From: an uncultured Clostridium sp.
GTDB taxonomy: Bacteria > Bacillota > Clostridia > TANB77 > CAG-508
Assembly: GCA_964493175.1 (NCBI GenBank)
Contig: CAZBMU010000001.1
Coordinates: 1-39,160, forward strand
Reading direction: 5' to 3'
Length of the DNA: 39,160 nucleotides
Positions 19,274 through 28,680 of the stretch are shown in pieces. The stretch's first letter is position 1. Every line of letters starts with the position of its first letter. Position numbers and translations under genes: made by a program. The notes under the pieces were generated by a model. The model saw only the letters and a list, made by a program, of their open reading frames with translations, was not told the DNA's origin and ran no database searches.

Positions 19274-21061
19274 CTATATTATTTTTATGGTTTTTCCATA
19301 ATCTCCTTTTGTTTCTTCTTCTTCAAATTCAAATGTAAATTCTTTACTTAGTCTTTTTTCTATTTCTGTTTTCTTGACTGTCATTTCTTGTTGTGTTCTT
19401 ATATGGTAAGCTATTGCTAATGCCATTACTAAGTCATCATGGCAACCTTGCTGTGCCTCTGGTCTGCCTTTTTCATTTCTTACGAACACTAACATTTCTT
19501 CTAGTGTTTCTTTGTCGTTTATGTTTTCTATGTGGTCATTTACTATTGCTTGTAACTCACTTAATATAAGCGGTCTTGTTATTCTGTCTGTTCTAAATCC
19601 ATAAGCTTTTACTATGTTTCCTGTGAATGTATCTTCTTTTTCTCTTACATATTGCTTTGTGTAACCTAGTCTTTGTAATTCTTTTATTGGGAATGTATCA
19701 AAATTACTTTCTATGCCGATTAATGCATTCTTATAGTATTTACCTAGACAATACATTTGTCTTGTATATTCATCAGCATCAAATTCTTTTCTTAATACAG
19801 CTACTTGTTTTCCGTTGGTATTATCTAATATTTGTCCTATAAAATAATCAGATCCTTCACCTGATGTATCACCACTTAAAACATAAGGATAATTATCTTT
19901 TGGTTTTTCATATATCTTTATAAATCCGTTAATGTCATTCTTAAATCTTATGTTTGTTATTTTGTCGCCATCATAATCATAAATAAAAGAACCTACTTTT
20001 AAAGGCTCTTTAAGTTGTGCTATTCTATTTATAATCTTCTCTTTGTCAAAATAACAATTTCCTGATGCTAAAAAAGCTTCTTCTGCACTACATGGGTACT
20101 CTTGTTTGATTAATTCTTTATCTATATATCCTTGATACTTTTTATAATACCAATATACTTGTTCTAATTCTAAGTGCTTTTCTTCTATTAATATCTTTAT
20201 TCTATTAAATATCCAGTTGTTATTATTCTTTATATTTTTTATAAAGGTTTCTTTAATCTCTTCTGTTTCAAAATCTGTTCTATATTCTTTTGTTCTCCAC
20301 CACTCAAAGAAACAATTTATTGCATTCTTGCTTTTCCATAGCTTTTGGAAATCATTAAATCCATTTGCTGTACTTTCATATATTTCTATACAGTCTGCTG
20401 TAAATGCTTCTCCTAAACCTGCTTGTATTTTAGCCATGCTCTTCCAAAAAGCACATTCAGAACCATGAAAGAAATTTACCGTTTTAGAACGTCCAACATT
20501 TTCTGTTGCTGTATCTACACTCCAATCAGAATTTAGTTTTTCAAATAATAATTGTCTTCTGTTGTTAAACTTTTCTGTAGGTCTTAATTCTTCTGGTAAC
20601 TGCTCTTTTGGAAATTTAGCTTTATTTTGAAATATTGCTTCTGCATTTTCAGAAGTATCAGCCAATGTAAAGCCTTGAAAGTTTCTTTTGGTTATAGAAC
20701 ATGCTAGTTGATATTCTGTAATAAGTGTTGTGAATCCTTGTTGTCTTCCTTTTAGTATCAAAAAACGCAACTGTGTTATTTGTCCTTTATTATATTTTTC
20801 TTTTGCATCATTAATTATCTGTATAAATTCTCTCTGTACATCGTTTAAAAAAAATGGTACTGTTCTTTGTTTTTTATCTACTACTACAAACTCTAATTCA
20901 ATTAAATATTCAGGATTATCTTTTATTTCTTGTAATAATTCTTTATTTTCTAAAAGCTCATTTGCAACTGCTTCTCTAAACTTTCTGTCTTCTTCTAAAC
21001 TATGTGTTGTTTCCCATTTCTCTTTTCTTTTTTCTATTAAATATTTTGCTGTATATTTCAT
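19274..21061 (-). CDS. terL: Terminase large subunit
   Basis: 595 aa with a Walker-A-like ILKGRQQGFTT and a C-terminal nuclease-type region (..CHDDLVMALAIA..); preceded by TerS. Confidence 0.85.
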   Translation of the reverse strand: MKYTAKYLIEKRKEKWETTHSLEEDRKFREAVANELLENKELLQEIKDNPEYLIELEFVVVDKKQRTVPFFLNDVQREFIQIINDAKEKYNKGQITQLRFLILKGRQQGFTTLITEYQLACSITKRNFQGFTLADTSENAEAIFQNKAKFPKEQLPEELRPTEKFNNRRQLLFEKLNSDWSVDTATENVGRSKTVNFFHGSECAFWKSMAKIQAGLGEAFTADCIEIYESTANGFNDFQKLWKSKNAINCFFEWWRTKEYRTDFETEEIKETFIKNIKNNNNWIFNRIKILIEEKHLELEQVYWYYKKYQGYIDKELIKQEYPCSAEEAFLASGNCYFDKEKIINRIAQLKEPLKVGSFIYDYDGDKITNIRFKNDINGFIKIYEKPKDNYPYVLSGDTSGEGSDYFIGQILDNTNGKQVAVLRKEFDADEYTRQMYCLGKYYKNALIGIESNFDTFPIKELQRLGYTKQYVREKEDTFTGNIVKAYGFRTDRITRPLILSELQAIVNDHIENINDKETLEEMLVFVRNEKGRPEAQQGCHDDLVMALAIAYHIRTQQEMTVKKTEIEKRLSKEFTFEFEEEETKGDYGKTIKII

Positions 21062-21414
21062 AAAACATCTTCCAATTTTAATTTTCCTGAATGTTCTATC
21101 TCTTGTTTTTCTCTCCAGTCATAATTGTTTTTTAAATTAAATATTATTCCTGTTACATTGCTATTTTTTACTAATCTCTTTTCTAAGTAATTTTCTACTT
21201 TTGCCTTTGCTCTTTTTATAGTGGGGAAAAACTCTTCTTTATCACTGTAATTCAATAATGTTTTCCTGTCTACATCTAATGCTATTGCTAAGCCTGTTAC
21301 AGTATATGGTTCATGTTCTCTATCACATTCTTCAAAATACTTATCTATCTTTTCTTGCATTTCTTCTACTGTTTTGAATTTTGGTGGTCTTCCACCTGGA
21401 TGTTTTTCTTCCAT
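21058..21414 (-). CDS. terS: Terminase small subunit
   Basis: 118 aa; N-terminal GGRPPKF..EEMQEKIDKYF and a central PYTVTGLAIALDV HTH typical of TerS; overlaps terL by 4 nt. Confidence 0.75.
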   Translation of the reverse strand: MEEKHPGGRPPKFKTVEEMQEKIDKYFEECDREHEPYTVTGLAIALDVDRKTLLNYSDKEEFFPTIKRAKAKVENYLEKRLVKNSNVTGIIFNLKNNYDWREKQEIEHSGKLKLEDVL

Positions 21415-21426
21415 AGTATCATCTCC

Positions 21427-21681
21427 CTATTTTAAAGAGTTTTGTTGAACTATAATTTTTTTACATACAGATTTTATTTCTTTGTCTAATAAATCTTTGT
21501 TTTTAAAAGGTGCCATAAAAAAGCCTACTCCATTTACTGTTTTTGCTGTTATAAAATCCTCATCGGTATTATAAAGTCCAACGTTATATCTTATATCTCT
21601 TATTTTGGTATTTGTTTTAGATTCAATCTGCTTTTTTATTTCATTTAGTTGTTCTTTGTTTTTATATTCTAAATCAAACAT
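21427..21681 (-). CDS. Hypothetical protein
   Basis: ORF track, 84 aa. Confidence 0.45.
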   Translation of the reverse strand: MFDLEYKNKEQLNEIKKQIESKTNTKIRDIRYNVGLYNTDEDFITAKTVNGVGFFMAPFKNKDLLDKEIKSVCKKIIVQQNSLK

Positions 21682-21690
21682 AATCTCTCC

Positions 21691-22029
21691 CTACTTTATA
21701 GTGTTTTGTTCCACTTTATACTTTTCTACTACTTCATTGATAAAGTTGTTACTACTTGCTACTAAATCACATATTACTTCTTCATTTACATCTGTTACAT
21801 TATATAATCCATATTCCCATATATAGCAATGTGTTAATTCATGCTTTAGTGTTTTTATCTTTTGGTCATAACACATATCTTTGTTTATATAAATAATATG
21901 TTTTGACTTTTGTGTTAATCCGAATACAAAGTATGCTTTCTCTTTCATGTTGTCTTCATACATTTTATTTAATTCGTCTTTGCTTAATTCTTTTATCTCC
22001 CATGTGTCATTATTAATTACGAATTTCAT
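21691..22029 (-). CDS. Putative zinc metallopeptidase (HExxH)
   Basis: 112 aa containing the motif LKHELTHCYIW. Confidence 0.5.
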   Translation of the reverse strand: MKFVINNDTWEIKELSKDELNKMYEDNMKEKAYFVFGLTQKSKHIIYINKDMCYDQKIKTLKHELTHCYIWEYGLYNVTDVNEEVICDLVASSNNFINEVVEKYKVEQNTIK

Positions 22030-22037
22030 TTTATAGG

Positions 22038-23142
22038 TTAAATCTCCTTTATTACTTTAATTAGACCTAAATCATTTAAATACTCCATACGTAAATAATC
22101 TACTTCCCATTGTTCTCCTGTTTCTATCCATTTGTTTATTACTACGTCTGTATATGCTTCTATACATTCTACTAAATATGTCTTCTTCCAATCTGATTTA
22201 TAATTGCTTCTTCCTTTTGCTAGAATCTTATCCCAGTCATCTTTAAGTGGTGTATATTCAAAAGGTTTTACTTCTTTTTCAAATATTTGTCTTGCTACTT
22301 CGTCTGCATTTTCGCAATCCCAATCTAATACTATATGCTCATTATCTGTTATTGGTAATTCTTTTAGTATTGATAAAGGTGTTGTTATTATTGGTACTCC
22401 ATATCCTAAGGCTTCATTTATTGTATAACAGTATGTTTCCATATCATTGCTTAATTGTAATACATAATCTGCATCTGCTATAAATGTTCTTACATCTAAT
22501 CTAGGTTCCATTTGTATTACGTTTGGAGAATTTATTTTTATCTTTGTTGGATTTGTAAATATAGTCCATATATAATTTCTGTTGTGTTCTGCACAGTATC
22601 TATCTAATGCTTCTATTAGCTTTAATGTTCTTCCTCCACCTTTTACTGTATCATCTAATCTACAAGCACTTACTAAATGAATTAGCTTTTGCTTTGGTTC
22701 TAGTGTTAATGGGTTATAGCATTTAATTGTTTTTATATCTTTGCCTATTTTCTTTCTATATTCTTCTAACTTGTCTGTAGCAAATTGTGATACTCCTATA
22801 TAGTGTGTTAGCTTTGGATTATCTATAGGTGGTATATATCCTCCATGCTCTCTATGTAATTCTTTATAATTAGCATGAGATACAAAATAGTATTCTTCTG
22901 CTTCTATATCGTCTATCATGTCTAAATTAAAATTTAAAAAGGCTTTCTCACATTTAACCTTTTCTCCTTGTATATGTTTTTTACATCTTACTAATTCTCT
23001 TAATCTCTTTAATTGAATCGGGTCTGCTTCATCATAATATATTGTTATATCTTTGTTTTTATATTTTTTTGCTATCTCATAAAGAAATTGTTCCGTTCCA
23101 CCGTATCTTACTTATTTTTCTAAAATAAAATATGTTTTTCAT
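22038..23142 (-). CDS. GT-B (family 1/4-like) glycosyltransferase, 367 aa if joined
   Basis: ATG at 23142 overlaps the upstream stop (ATGA). In-frame CGG (23101-23103) is codon 14; skipping its C gives MKNIFYFRKISKI|GGTEQFLYEIAKKY.., in frame with track ORF 22038..22919. The C-terminus has the E-x7-E-type motif ETYCYTINEALGYGVPIITT. Confidence 0.75.
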
Positions 23143-23333
23143 TTCTTCTCCTCTTCAAAACATTCTTTTTCTTTATCACAAGTCTTACACTTATTTTTCA
23201 TACATCTTTCAAAACTTTCACATTTTAAACTTCCGTCTAGTTTAATATGCAATTCTTCATTACATTTTTTATTTTTACATATACTGCATACTGTTCTTGT
23301 ATATGTTTGGTATATTGTTTCTTTAGTTTTCAT
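23139..23333 (-). CDS. Cys-rich 64-aa protein (9 Cys)
   Basis: ORF track; CSIC..C..C..C..CKTC..C pattern; translationally coupled to the glycosyltransferase. Confidence 0.55.
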   Translation of the reverse strand: MKTKETIYQTYTRTVCSICKNKKCNEELHIKLDGSLKCESFERCMKNKCKTCDKEKECFEEEKK

Positions 23334-23459
23334 AGGCTTTAACCTCTTTATTCATTAAAGCCCACTAGGAAGGCTTTTATATTAAATGGAGAACATATCT
23401 ATTTTTAACTAAAACTGAATGTTTTTATATTAATTTACCTAGTATAATTAATAACTAAT

Positions 23460-23488
23460 TTGACAATTTACATAATATCTGTTATAAT
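23460..23488 (+). promoter_or_regulatory. Consensus sigma-70 promoter of the + strand moron
   Basis: TTGACA (23460-23465), 17 nt, TATAAT (23483-23488), with a TGn extension. Confidence 0.7.
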
Positions 23489-23531
23489 ATTTATTGTAAC
23501 TTATGTTTTTCATACTTAAAGGAGGTTAACT

Positions 23532-23702
23532 ATGGCAGAAAAGTACACTTGCGGAATTTGTGGTAAAACTATCACACCTAGCAACTCTCCGTCTTTCTTC
23601 GATTGGCGGGGCAAACCTTACAGCACAGTATTTCCTGTTTGCGACAAATGCGCAGAAAAATCTGGTGCTTCTAAATGGTCTTCCGATAAGCCTCGGAGAT
23701 AA
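23532..23702 (+). CDS. 56-aa zinc-ribbon protein (moron)
   Basis: AAAGGAGG SD; translation MAEKYTCGICGKTITPSNSPSFFDWRGKPYSTVFPVCDKCAEKSGASKWSSDKPRR with CxxC...CxxC. Visibly richer in G+C than its surroundings. Contains two in-frame CGG codons. Confidence 0.65.
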   Translation: MAEKYTCGICGKTITPSNSPSFFDWRGKPYSTVFPVCDKCAEKSGASKWSSDKPRR

Positions 23703-23737
23703 GTATTAATTTATTTTTCTGTTAATAACAACCTTAA

Positions 23738-23770
23738 GACCTGTCTCTTATTTGAGGCAGGTCTTTTTTA
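23738..23770 (+). terminator. Rho-independent terminator of the moron
   Basis: 11-bp stem AGACCTGTCTC/GAGGCAGGTCT (one G-U pair) followed by a T6 run. Confidence 0.7.
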
Positions 23771-23839
23771 ACTAAATAAAATTAGGGCTTTATTTAATTT
23801 ATTCTCAATTATATATATATCATTTTTTTAGTTCCTGAT

Positions 23840-24262
23840 TCAACCTTTTTTTTCCTGAACTTTTTCAAATTCATCTAATGCTTCTTTTTTTAAATCATAT
23901 ACATATTTTTCTTTATAGTGTAAGACCTCTTTAGCTATGTACTTTATACTATCTCCTAAAATGTAATGATGGTATAACAATAAACCATATTTAGGTTCTA
24001 ATAAACTAAGTTGTTCTTTTAGTTCTTCTTCTACTCTTATTGATTCTTGTTCTATGTCTTTTTTTACTTGATTTATTTTGTCTAATAAAGTAGATAGACT
24101 TTCAGCCTCAACATCTTGTACTTTTCTACTTCCTTTTGGCATATCTGATAATATTGAAGTAAGTCTTCCTATTGTTTTTATCTGCTCTTCAAAAAAACTT
24201 ATTCTCGCTTTTCTCCATCTCTGACTTATATTAAAATTTATTAATTTTTCCTTCATATTCAT
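23840..24262 (-). CDS. ArpU/RinA-type late transcriptional regulator
   Basis: 140 aa, positioned ahead of the packaging genes; sigma-region-4-like C-terminus (..YHHYILGDSIKYIAKEVLHYKEKYVYDLKKEALDEF). Confidence 0.6.
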   Translation of the reverse strand: MNMKEKLINFNISQRWRKARISFFEEQIKTIGRLTSILSDMPKGSRKVQDVEAESLSTLLDKINQVKKDIEQESIRVEEELKEQLSLLEPKYGLLLYHHYILGDSIKYIAKEVLHYKEKYVYDLKKEALDEFEKVQEKKG

Positions 24263-24579
24263 TTGTGCCTCCTTATTCTTCTAATTTTTCTTCAATATAT
24301 GATATTATGTCTGAAACATCTTCTTTGTCTTCTTCACTCTCTAGTACATTATATAAAGTGTCAAATCTTTTCTTTAGATTATTTACTATTCTTTTGATTT
24401 TCTTTGTCATAGGTAAATCACTCCTTATATATATTTTGGAACTTTTTCTTTTCTCTTTTCTTTAATATGTTCTAGTTCATCTTCTTTAAAACATTCTTTT
24501 ACTCCTGTTATCATATCTTTATATTGTATAAAATTAGGATATTCTTTTACTAGTATGTATTCTCTATTGTTTTTACTTA

Positions 24580-24825
24580 TTATTTTTGGTATTTCCATTT
24601 ATTCCTCCTCTTTACTTCTTTTCTGTATTTTCTTGAGTATTTATACAATATGTCGTGTACTATTTCACAATTTATTTGAACTGTACTTATTGGGTTCACT
24701 GAGTACCAATCTTCTCCCAATAAATATTTTTGTAAAAAATTTAAAGCTATTTGTGCGTCTAATGGTGGTGGAAAAATATTATTTTTTTCCCAATTATTAT
24801 CAAGCCATTTTGTAAATGTTCTCAT
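24580..24825 (-). CDS. Hypothetical protein
   Basis: ORF track, 81 aa. Confidence 0.45.
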   Translation of the reverse strand: MRTFTKWLDNNWEKNNIFPPPLDAQIALNFLQKYLLGEDWYSVNPISTVQINCEIVHDILYKYSRKYRKEVKRRNKWKYQK

Positions 24826-24841
24826 AATACTCTTTTCCTTT

Positions 24842-25123
24842 CTACTCCTCTATCTTTTCTACTAGTCCTGCTTGGATTAAGTCGTATAGTGTATCAATAT
24901 CGTAATAATCTTTATACGGATTAATTCTCCAATCTGTTTTTGTTCTTTTGAAAATGCGAAATTGACTTTTTAGTGTTTCTTTTGTTATTCCAAGTCCCAT
25001 ATATTCTTTCTCGTAATTTTTCTTTATATATGCATTTATTCTTCCTGTATCTTCATCATATTTAGGCTTAAACCCAAATTTTTCTAATTCTTTCAAATCT
25101 ACATCATCTTTTATCTTTAACAT
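24842..25123 (-). CDS. Hypothetical protein
   Basis: ORF track, 93 aa. Confidence 0.45.
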   Translation of the reverse strand: MLKIKDDVDLKELEKFGFKPKYDEDTGRINAYIKKNYEKEYMGLGITKETLKSQFRIFKRTKTDWRINPYKDYYDIDTLYDLIQAGLVEKIEE

Positions 25124-25365
25124 TATTCTTTCCCCTCCTCATATTTATTTGTGAAATAATCTATAATTTGTTCTTTTGTCTTTATACTATTATCAAAATC
25201 ACAACCTTTTTCAATATGTTTTGCCATATCATTTATTATGTTTTGTTGTTTTTGGATTAAGTCTATTGCTTTTTTTATTACTGAAGCATAGCCTAAATGA
25301 TTTTGTTCTATGTATTCATTTTGTATTATTTTTAAATCTTTTATTGTTTGTTTATCTTCACTCAT
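25123..25365 (-). CDS. Hypothetical protein
   Basis: ORF track, 80 aa. Confidence 0.45.
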   Translation of the reverse strand: MSEDKQTIKDLKIIQNEYIEQNHLGYASVIKKAIDLIQKQQNIINDMAKHIEKGCDFDNSIKTKEQIIDYFTNKYEEGKE

Positions 25366-25596
25366 TTAATTACCCTCTGCTTTCTTCTCAAAATAATCTA
25401 TAACCCATTTTTTATTGTGTACTGGTGTTGTTAATTGTTCTGCCATTAAATCTATTATTTTGTCTTTCTTATCTAGTTCAGATAATACAACTTCTATTGC
25501 TTTAGAATATCTAGCACTAATAAATTTTGCATCTATTTCTTTTTTATGTTTTAATAGTTGTTCTTTTGCTTCTTCTATATCCATATTATTAATCAC
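25366..25596 (-). CDS. Hypothetical protein
   Basis: ORF track, 76 aa. Confidence 0.45.
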   Translation of the reverse strand: MINNMDIEEAKEQLLKHKKEIDAKFISARYSKAIEVVLSELDKKDKIIDLMAEQLTTPVHNKKWVIDYFEKKAEGN

Positions 25597-26014
25597 TCTC
25601 CTTTAACTTATTTTTAAGTATATTTTCTATCATTTTTTCACCATCTTTTCTTGCTTGAATTGCACTCTCTAATGTACTATGTGTTCCTAATGTATGTTGT
25701 TTTCCAAATAAAGTTATATATGCTCTATATTTTATTTCTCCTGTTCTCTTTAATGCTCTCATGTCTTGACATACACCATTGACACCATATTTGTTTAATT
25801 TGTTTGTTTTTTTATATTTCATTGTTCCGTTTTTTCTTTTTCTACTTTTAAATTCAAGTATATCTTCTAATTCTTTTATTCTATCTTTATCTGATTGTCT
25901 TTCTTTTAATAGGTTTTCTATGGCTTTAAACACTATTTTTGCGTCATATTCTGGTAAATTTACTAAATCTGTATAGTTTTTCACATATTCTTCTAATATC
26001 TCTATATCATTCAT
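25589..26014 (-). CDS. AP2-domain DNA-binding protein
   Basis: 141 aa; C-terminal GV....YRAYITLFGKQHTLGTHSTLESAIQARKDGE matches the AP2/HNH-associated fold pattern. Confidence 0.55.
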   Translation of the reverse strand: MNDIEILEEYVKNYTDLVNLPEYDAKIVFKAIENLLKERQSDKDRIKELEDILEFKSRKRKNGTMKYKKTNKLNKYGVNGVCQDMRALKRTGEIKYRAYITLFGKQHTLGTHSTLESAIQARKDGEKMIENILKNKLKESD

Positions 26015-26166
26015 CTTTCTTCTTCCTCTCTATCAATTTTTTCTCGCTCGTAATTGTATAGTTTTGTTATCATTTCTCCTATGGCTTGATATTCTTTTTC
26101 TAATTTATTTATTTTCTCTAACTTTTCTTTTCTCATTTGTAATAATGTTTTAATGTGTTCTTCCAT
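26011..26166 (-). CDS. Hypothetical 51-aa coiled-coil peptide
   Basis: ATG at 26166 with a GGAG SD; its stop overlaps the next ATG (ATGA). Confidence 0.35.
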   Translation of the reverse strand: MEEHIKTLLQMRKEKLEKINKLEKEYQAIGEMITKLYNYEREKIDREEEER

Positions 26167-26168
26167 AT

Positions 26169-26312
26169 TTACTCCTTTACTTCTAAACGTTTTGCTAAAC
26201 TATATGCTCTTTCCATTGATTCTTTTAAATATTCATCTGTTTGTTCAATTAACATTCTATAAACCATATAAAATCCATATATTACAAATAAAATTATAAA
26301 AAATATTTTCAT
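26169..26312 (-). CDS. Hypothetical 47-aa membrane peptide
   Basis: ATG at 26312 with a GGAG SD; translation begins MKIFFIILFVIYGFYMVYRMLIEQ.. Confidence 0.35.
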   Translation of the reverse strand: MKIFFIILFVIYGFYMVYRMLIEQTDEYLKESMERAYSLAKRLEVKE

Positions 26313-26317
26313 CTCTT

Positions 26318-26683
26318 CTACTCCTTTTCTAAAAGTGATTGCAAAACTTTCTTTCCATATTTCGCTTCATCATATTCGTAATCTTTTAATTCTGCCATTC
26401 CTTCTTCTGTTTCTGCATAATATAAAGTTTCATCATATTCTTCTATTTTTGCTTTTATTTTGTCTTCAACTGCTCTTTGCCCTGTATATATTCCGTTTTG
26501 ATATATTTGGTCATAATAAGCTAAATTTGCATCAGCTTTTTCTTTCAATTCTTCTATTTCTTTTTGTTGTTTTTCTATTAGATTTAAAATTATTTTTATA
26601 TTTTCCTCTAATCCTTCTTCTCCTACATACCAATATGTACCTTTTAAATTTTCTATTGCTTTCCTTTCTTCATCACTTAACAT
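26318..26683 (-). CDS. Hypothetical protein
   Basis: ORF track, 121 aa. Confidence 0.45.
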   Translation of the reverse strand: MLSDEERKAIENLKGTYWYVGEEGLEENIKIILNLIEKQQKEIEELKEKADANLAYYDQIYQNGIYTGQRAVEDKIKAKIEEYDETLYYAETEEGMAELKDYEYDEAKYGKKVLQSLLEKE

Positions 26684-26686
26684 TGT

Positions 26687-26965
26687 TTACTCCTTCCAAC
26701 CTAATTCTTCACATTTTTTATTTATTGCTTGTAGTTCTTGCATATTAATTGGATATGTATTTTTATCGAAAGTTTTTACTGCTCCATAAAATGCTATTAT
26801 TTCATGACTACTAGTGCTATATCTTACATCTGTTGAATTTTCATGAAATTTTTTATATCCTAATTCTTCAAACATCATATCAGCTGTTTTTTCTTTATCT
26901 AATCCATACATTTTTCTTGTAGCTCTTAATTCGCTATCATCAAGGTCAAATGCCATTTTTATCAC
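26687..26965 (-). CDS. Hypothetical protein
   Basis: ORF track, 92 aa. Confidence 0.45.
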   Translation of the reverse strand: MIKMAFDLDDSELRATRKMYGLDKEKTADMMFEELGYKKFHENSTDVRYSTSSHEIIAFYGAVKTFDKNTYPINMQELQAINKKCEELGWKE

Positions 26966-26973
26966 TCCTTTTT

Positions 26974-27165
26974 TTATAAATCATCTTCACTCCAACAAAA
27001 TTCTTCCCAATCTCCACAATAATATTTTTTTCCACATTCTTCACATTCAAATACTGCTTGTCCTAATGTACCTACATCAAATACATTATCTTTATCAACT
27101 AAATCTAATACTCTGTGAGTTGCTTTTCCTCCACATTCACATTCAAAATATAATTCTTTTCCCAT
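26974..27165 (-). CDS. Small zinc-ribbon protein
   Basis: 63 aa with two Cys pairs, CECGG and CEECGKKYYC. Confidence 0.5.
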   Translation of the reverse strand: MGKELYFECECGGKATHRVLDLVDKDNVFDVGTLGQAVFECEECGKKYYCGDWEEFCWSEDDL

Positions 27166-27298
27166 TTTTCCTTCCTTTCTGGTATTCCATACCCGTTAGT
27201 TTCACTCCATTTTACTGGCTTACATTTTTCTTTATTGCAAGTATATTGCTTGCTACATTGTTTACAGGTCATTATTCCTCCTTTTGTAATATGCTATA

Positions 27299-27940
27299 TT
27301 ACATACTTACTATTTTTAGATTTTTTACAAAATTATTTCTTTTATTTCCATCTATATGTATAACTCTCTCATTCTTTTCTAAATGTCTTATAAACATTTC
27401 AGCTACTATTCTTGATACTGTTATAGTTTGTCCTTTACTTTTATCCCAAAGTACAACTTGCATACCATATACTTGATATTTTAGTTTTTTGAGCTTATTT
27501 GTTTGAATATTTTTAATTCTTCCATAGTTACTTACTTCATAATTTGAAGTTCCTATTCTTTTCCATTTCTCATCTTCATAATTGTTTTCAATATAATTTC
27601 TATTGAAGTCCTCTTTTGTTTCACTGTATATAGGAAACTTCTTTATACATTTACTGATGTTTTCTATTTTATAAATTTTAAATATTTCTTGTTTTACTTT
27701 ATCCTGCATATATTTTGATTCTTTATAATATCTTGTTTTTATCTGTTCATCTTGAAGTTTCTCTAATTTCTCCCATTCATTATCTGGAATATTTTTATAT
27801 ATATCTTTTATTCCATTTAATTTAAGTTCTTCAGATATATCAGCAACTTTCTTTATAGTAGTATTTAAATCATCTGCAAGTTGTCTTAATGTAAGCATTT
27901 CTTCATATTTAGCAACATATATTTTGTCAAATTCTTTCAT
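27299..27940 (-). CDS. HNH homing endonuclease (NUMOD4/HNH_3 type) with an N-terminal HTH
   Basis: 213 aa; ..EKWKRIGTSNYEVSNYGRIKN.. followed by ..VIHIDGNKRNNFVKNL.. Confidence 0.65.
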   Translation of the reverse strand: MKEFDKIYVAKYEEMLTLRQLADDLNTTIKKVADISEELKLNGIKDIYKNIPDNEWEKLEKLQDEQIKTRYYKESKYMQDKVKQEIFKIYKIENISKCIKKFPIYSETKEDFNRNYIENNYEDEKWKRIGTSNYEVSNYGRIKNIQTNKLKKLKYQVYGMQVVLWDKSKGQTITVSRIVAEMFIRHLEKNERVIHIDGNKRNNFVKNLKIVSM

Positions 27941-28380
27941 TACCTCTCACTTCCTAAATAATCTTCTACTAACTTTCTGTCTTCTTCTTTCTTTTTAGCT
28001 CTGTCGTATTTACCTCTTTCATCTATTTTAAATTCAGTAAATTTTATCTCAAACGGCAATTCTAAATCATCTACAAATTCAACTTTAAGTTCTTTATATT
28101 TTTGAAACATATCATTCATCATCCTTTGCTTTTCTTTTGGCTGTTTATGAAACCAAGAATGATTTTCTGCTGAAATCAATGCACCGTTCTCCAATGTTGC
28201 TTTTCCACCTTTTCTGCGTTCCTTTATATGATGAAAAGTTAGTTGTTTCATTCTTTTCATTTGCCCTTTTGATTTATATTTTCTCGGTTCTGTATCTTTT
28301 CTTAAATGTAATTTTTCTATAAAACATTCGTTACCGTATAATTTAATAAGTTTTTCTTTTACTTTTTTATTGCTTTTCAA
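27940..28380 (-). CDS. HNH endonuclease
   Basis: 146 aa; LTFHHIKERRKGGKATLENGALISAENHSWFH. Confidence 0.7.
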   Translation of the reverse strand: MKSNKKVKEKLIKLYGNECFIEKLHLRKDTEPRKYKSKGQMKRMKQLTFHHIKERRKGGKATLENGALISAENHSWFHKQPKEKQRMMNDMFQKYKELKVEFVDDLELPFEIKFTEFKIDERGKYDRAKKKEEDRKLVEDYLGSER

Positions 28381-28392
28381 TTTTATTCTCCT

Positions 28393-28680
28393 TTATAGTT
28401 CCTTAATAAATTTATGATACTTTGTTGCTATTTCGTGTTCTATGATACAACCTCTTGCATTTTCCCAACCTTTCATAAAAATTATTGCATCTGCTTTATC
28501 TAAAAATTCTATTGATTTTGCTAGATAAAAAATTGGAGATACTTCGCAATCAAAATCTTCAAATATTGTATTCAAAACTTCGTGTCCTTCTTCTTCCAAT
28601 TCTTTAACTAAATATTTTCTCTCATCTCTTATTTGTTTTTCTGTTTTGCCATTCATAGGCTGACTAATCATTATTTTCAT
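28393..28680 (-). CDS. DUF4406 / nucleoside 2-deoxyribosyltransferase-like protein
   Basis: Pattern MKIMISQPMNGKT...FMKGWENARGCIIEHEIA. The start is placed at the ATG at 28680, which has a GGAGG SD; the ORF track starts 18 nt upstream. Confidence 0.55.
   Translation of the reverse strand: MKIMISQPMNGKTEKQIRDERKYLVKELEEEGHEVLNTIFEDFDCEVSPIFYLAKSIEFLDKADAIIFMKGWENARGCIIEHEIATKYHKFIKEL

Noticed and set aside
27105-27272. 55-aa Cys-rich ORF (MTCKQCSKQYTCNKEKCKPVKWSETNGYGIPERKEKW..) upstream of 26974..27165
   Set aside because: It has a good GGAGG and ATG, but it overlaps the next gene by about 60 nt. Its end is therefore uncertain and it is not listed as a feature; the N-terminal part may be real.
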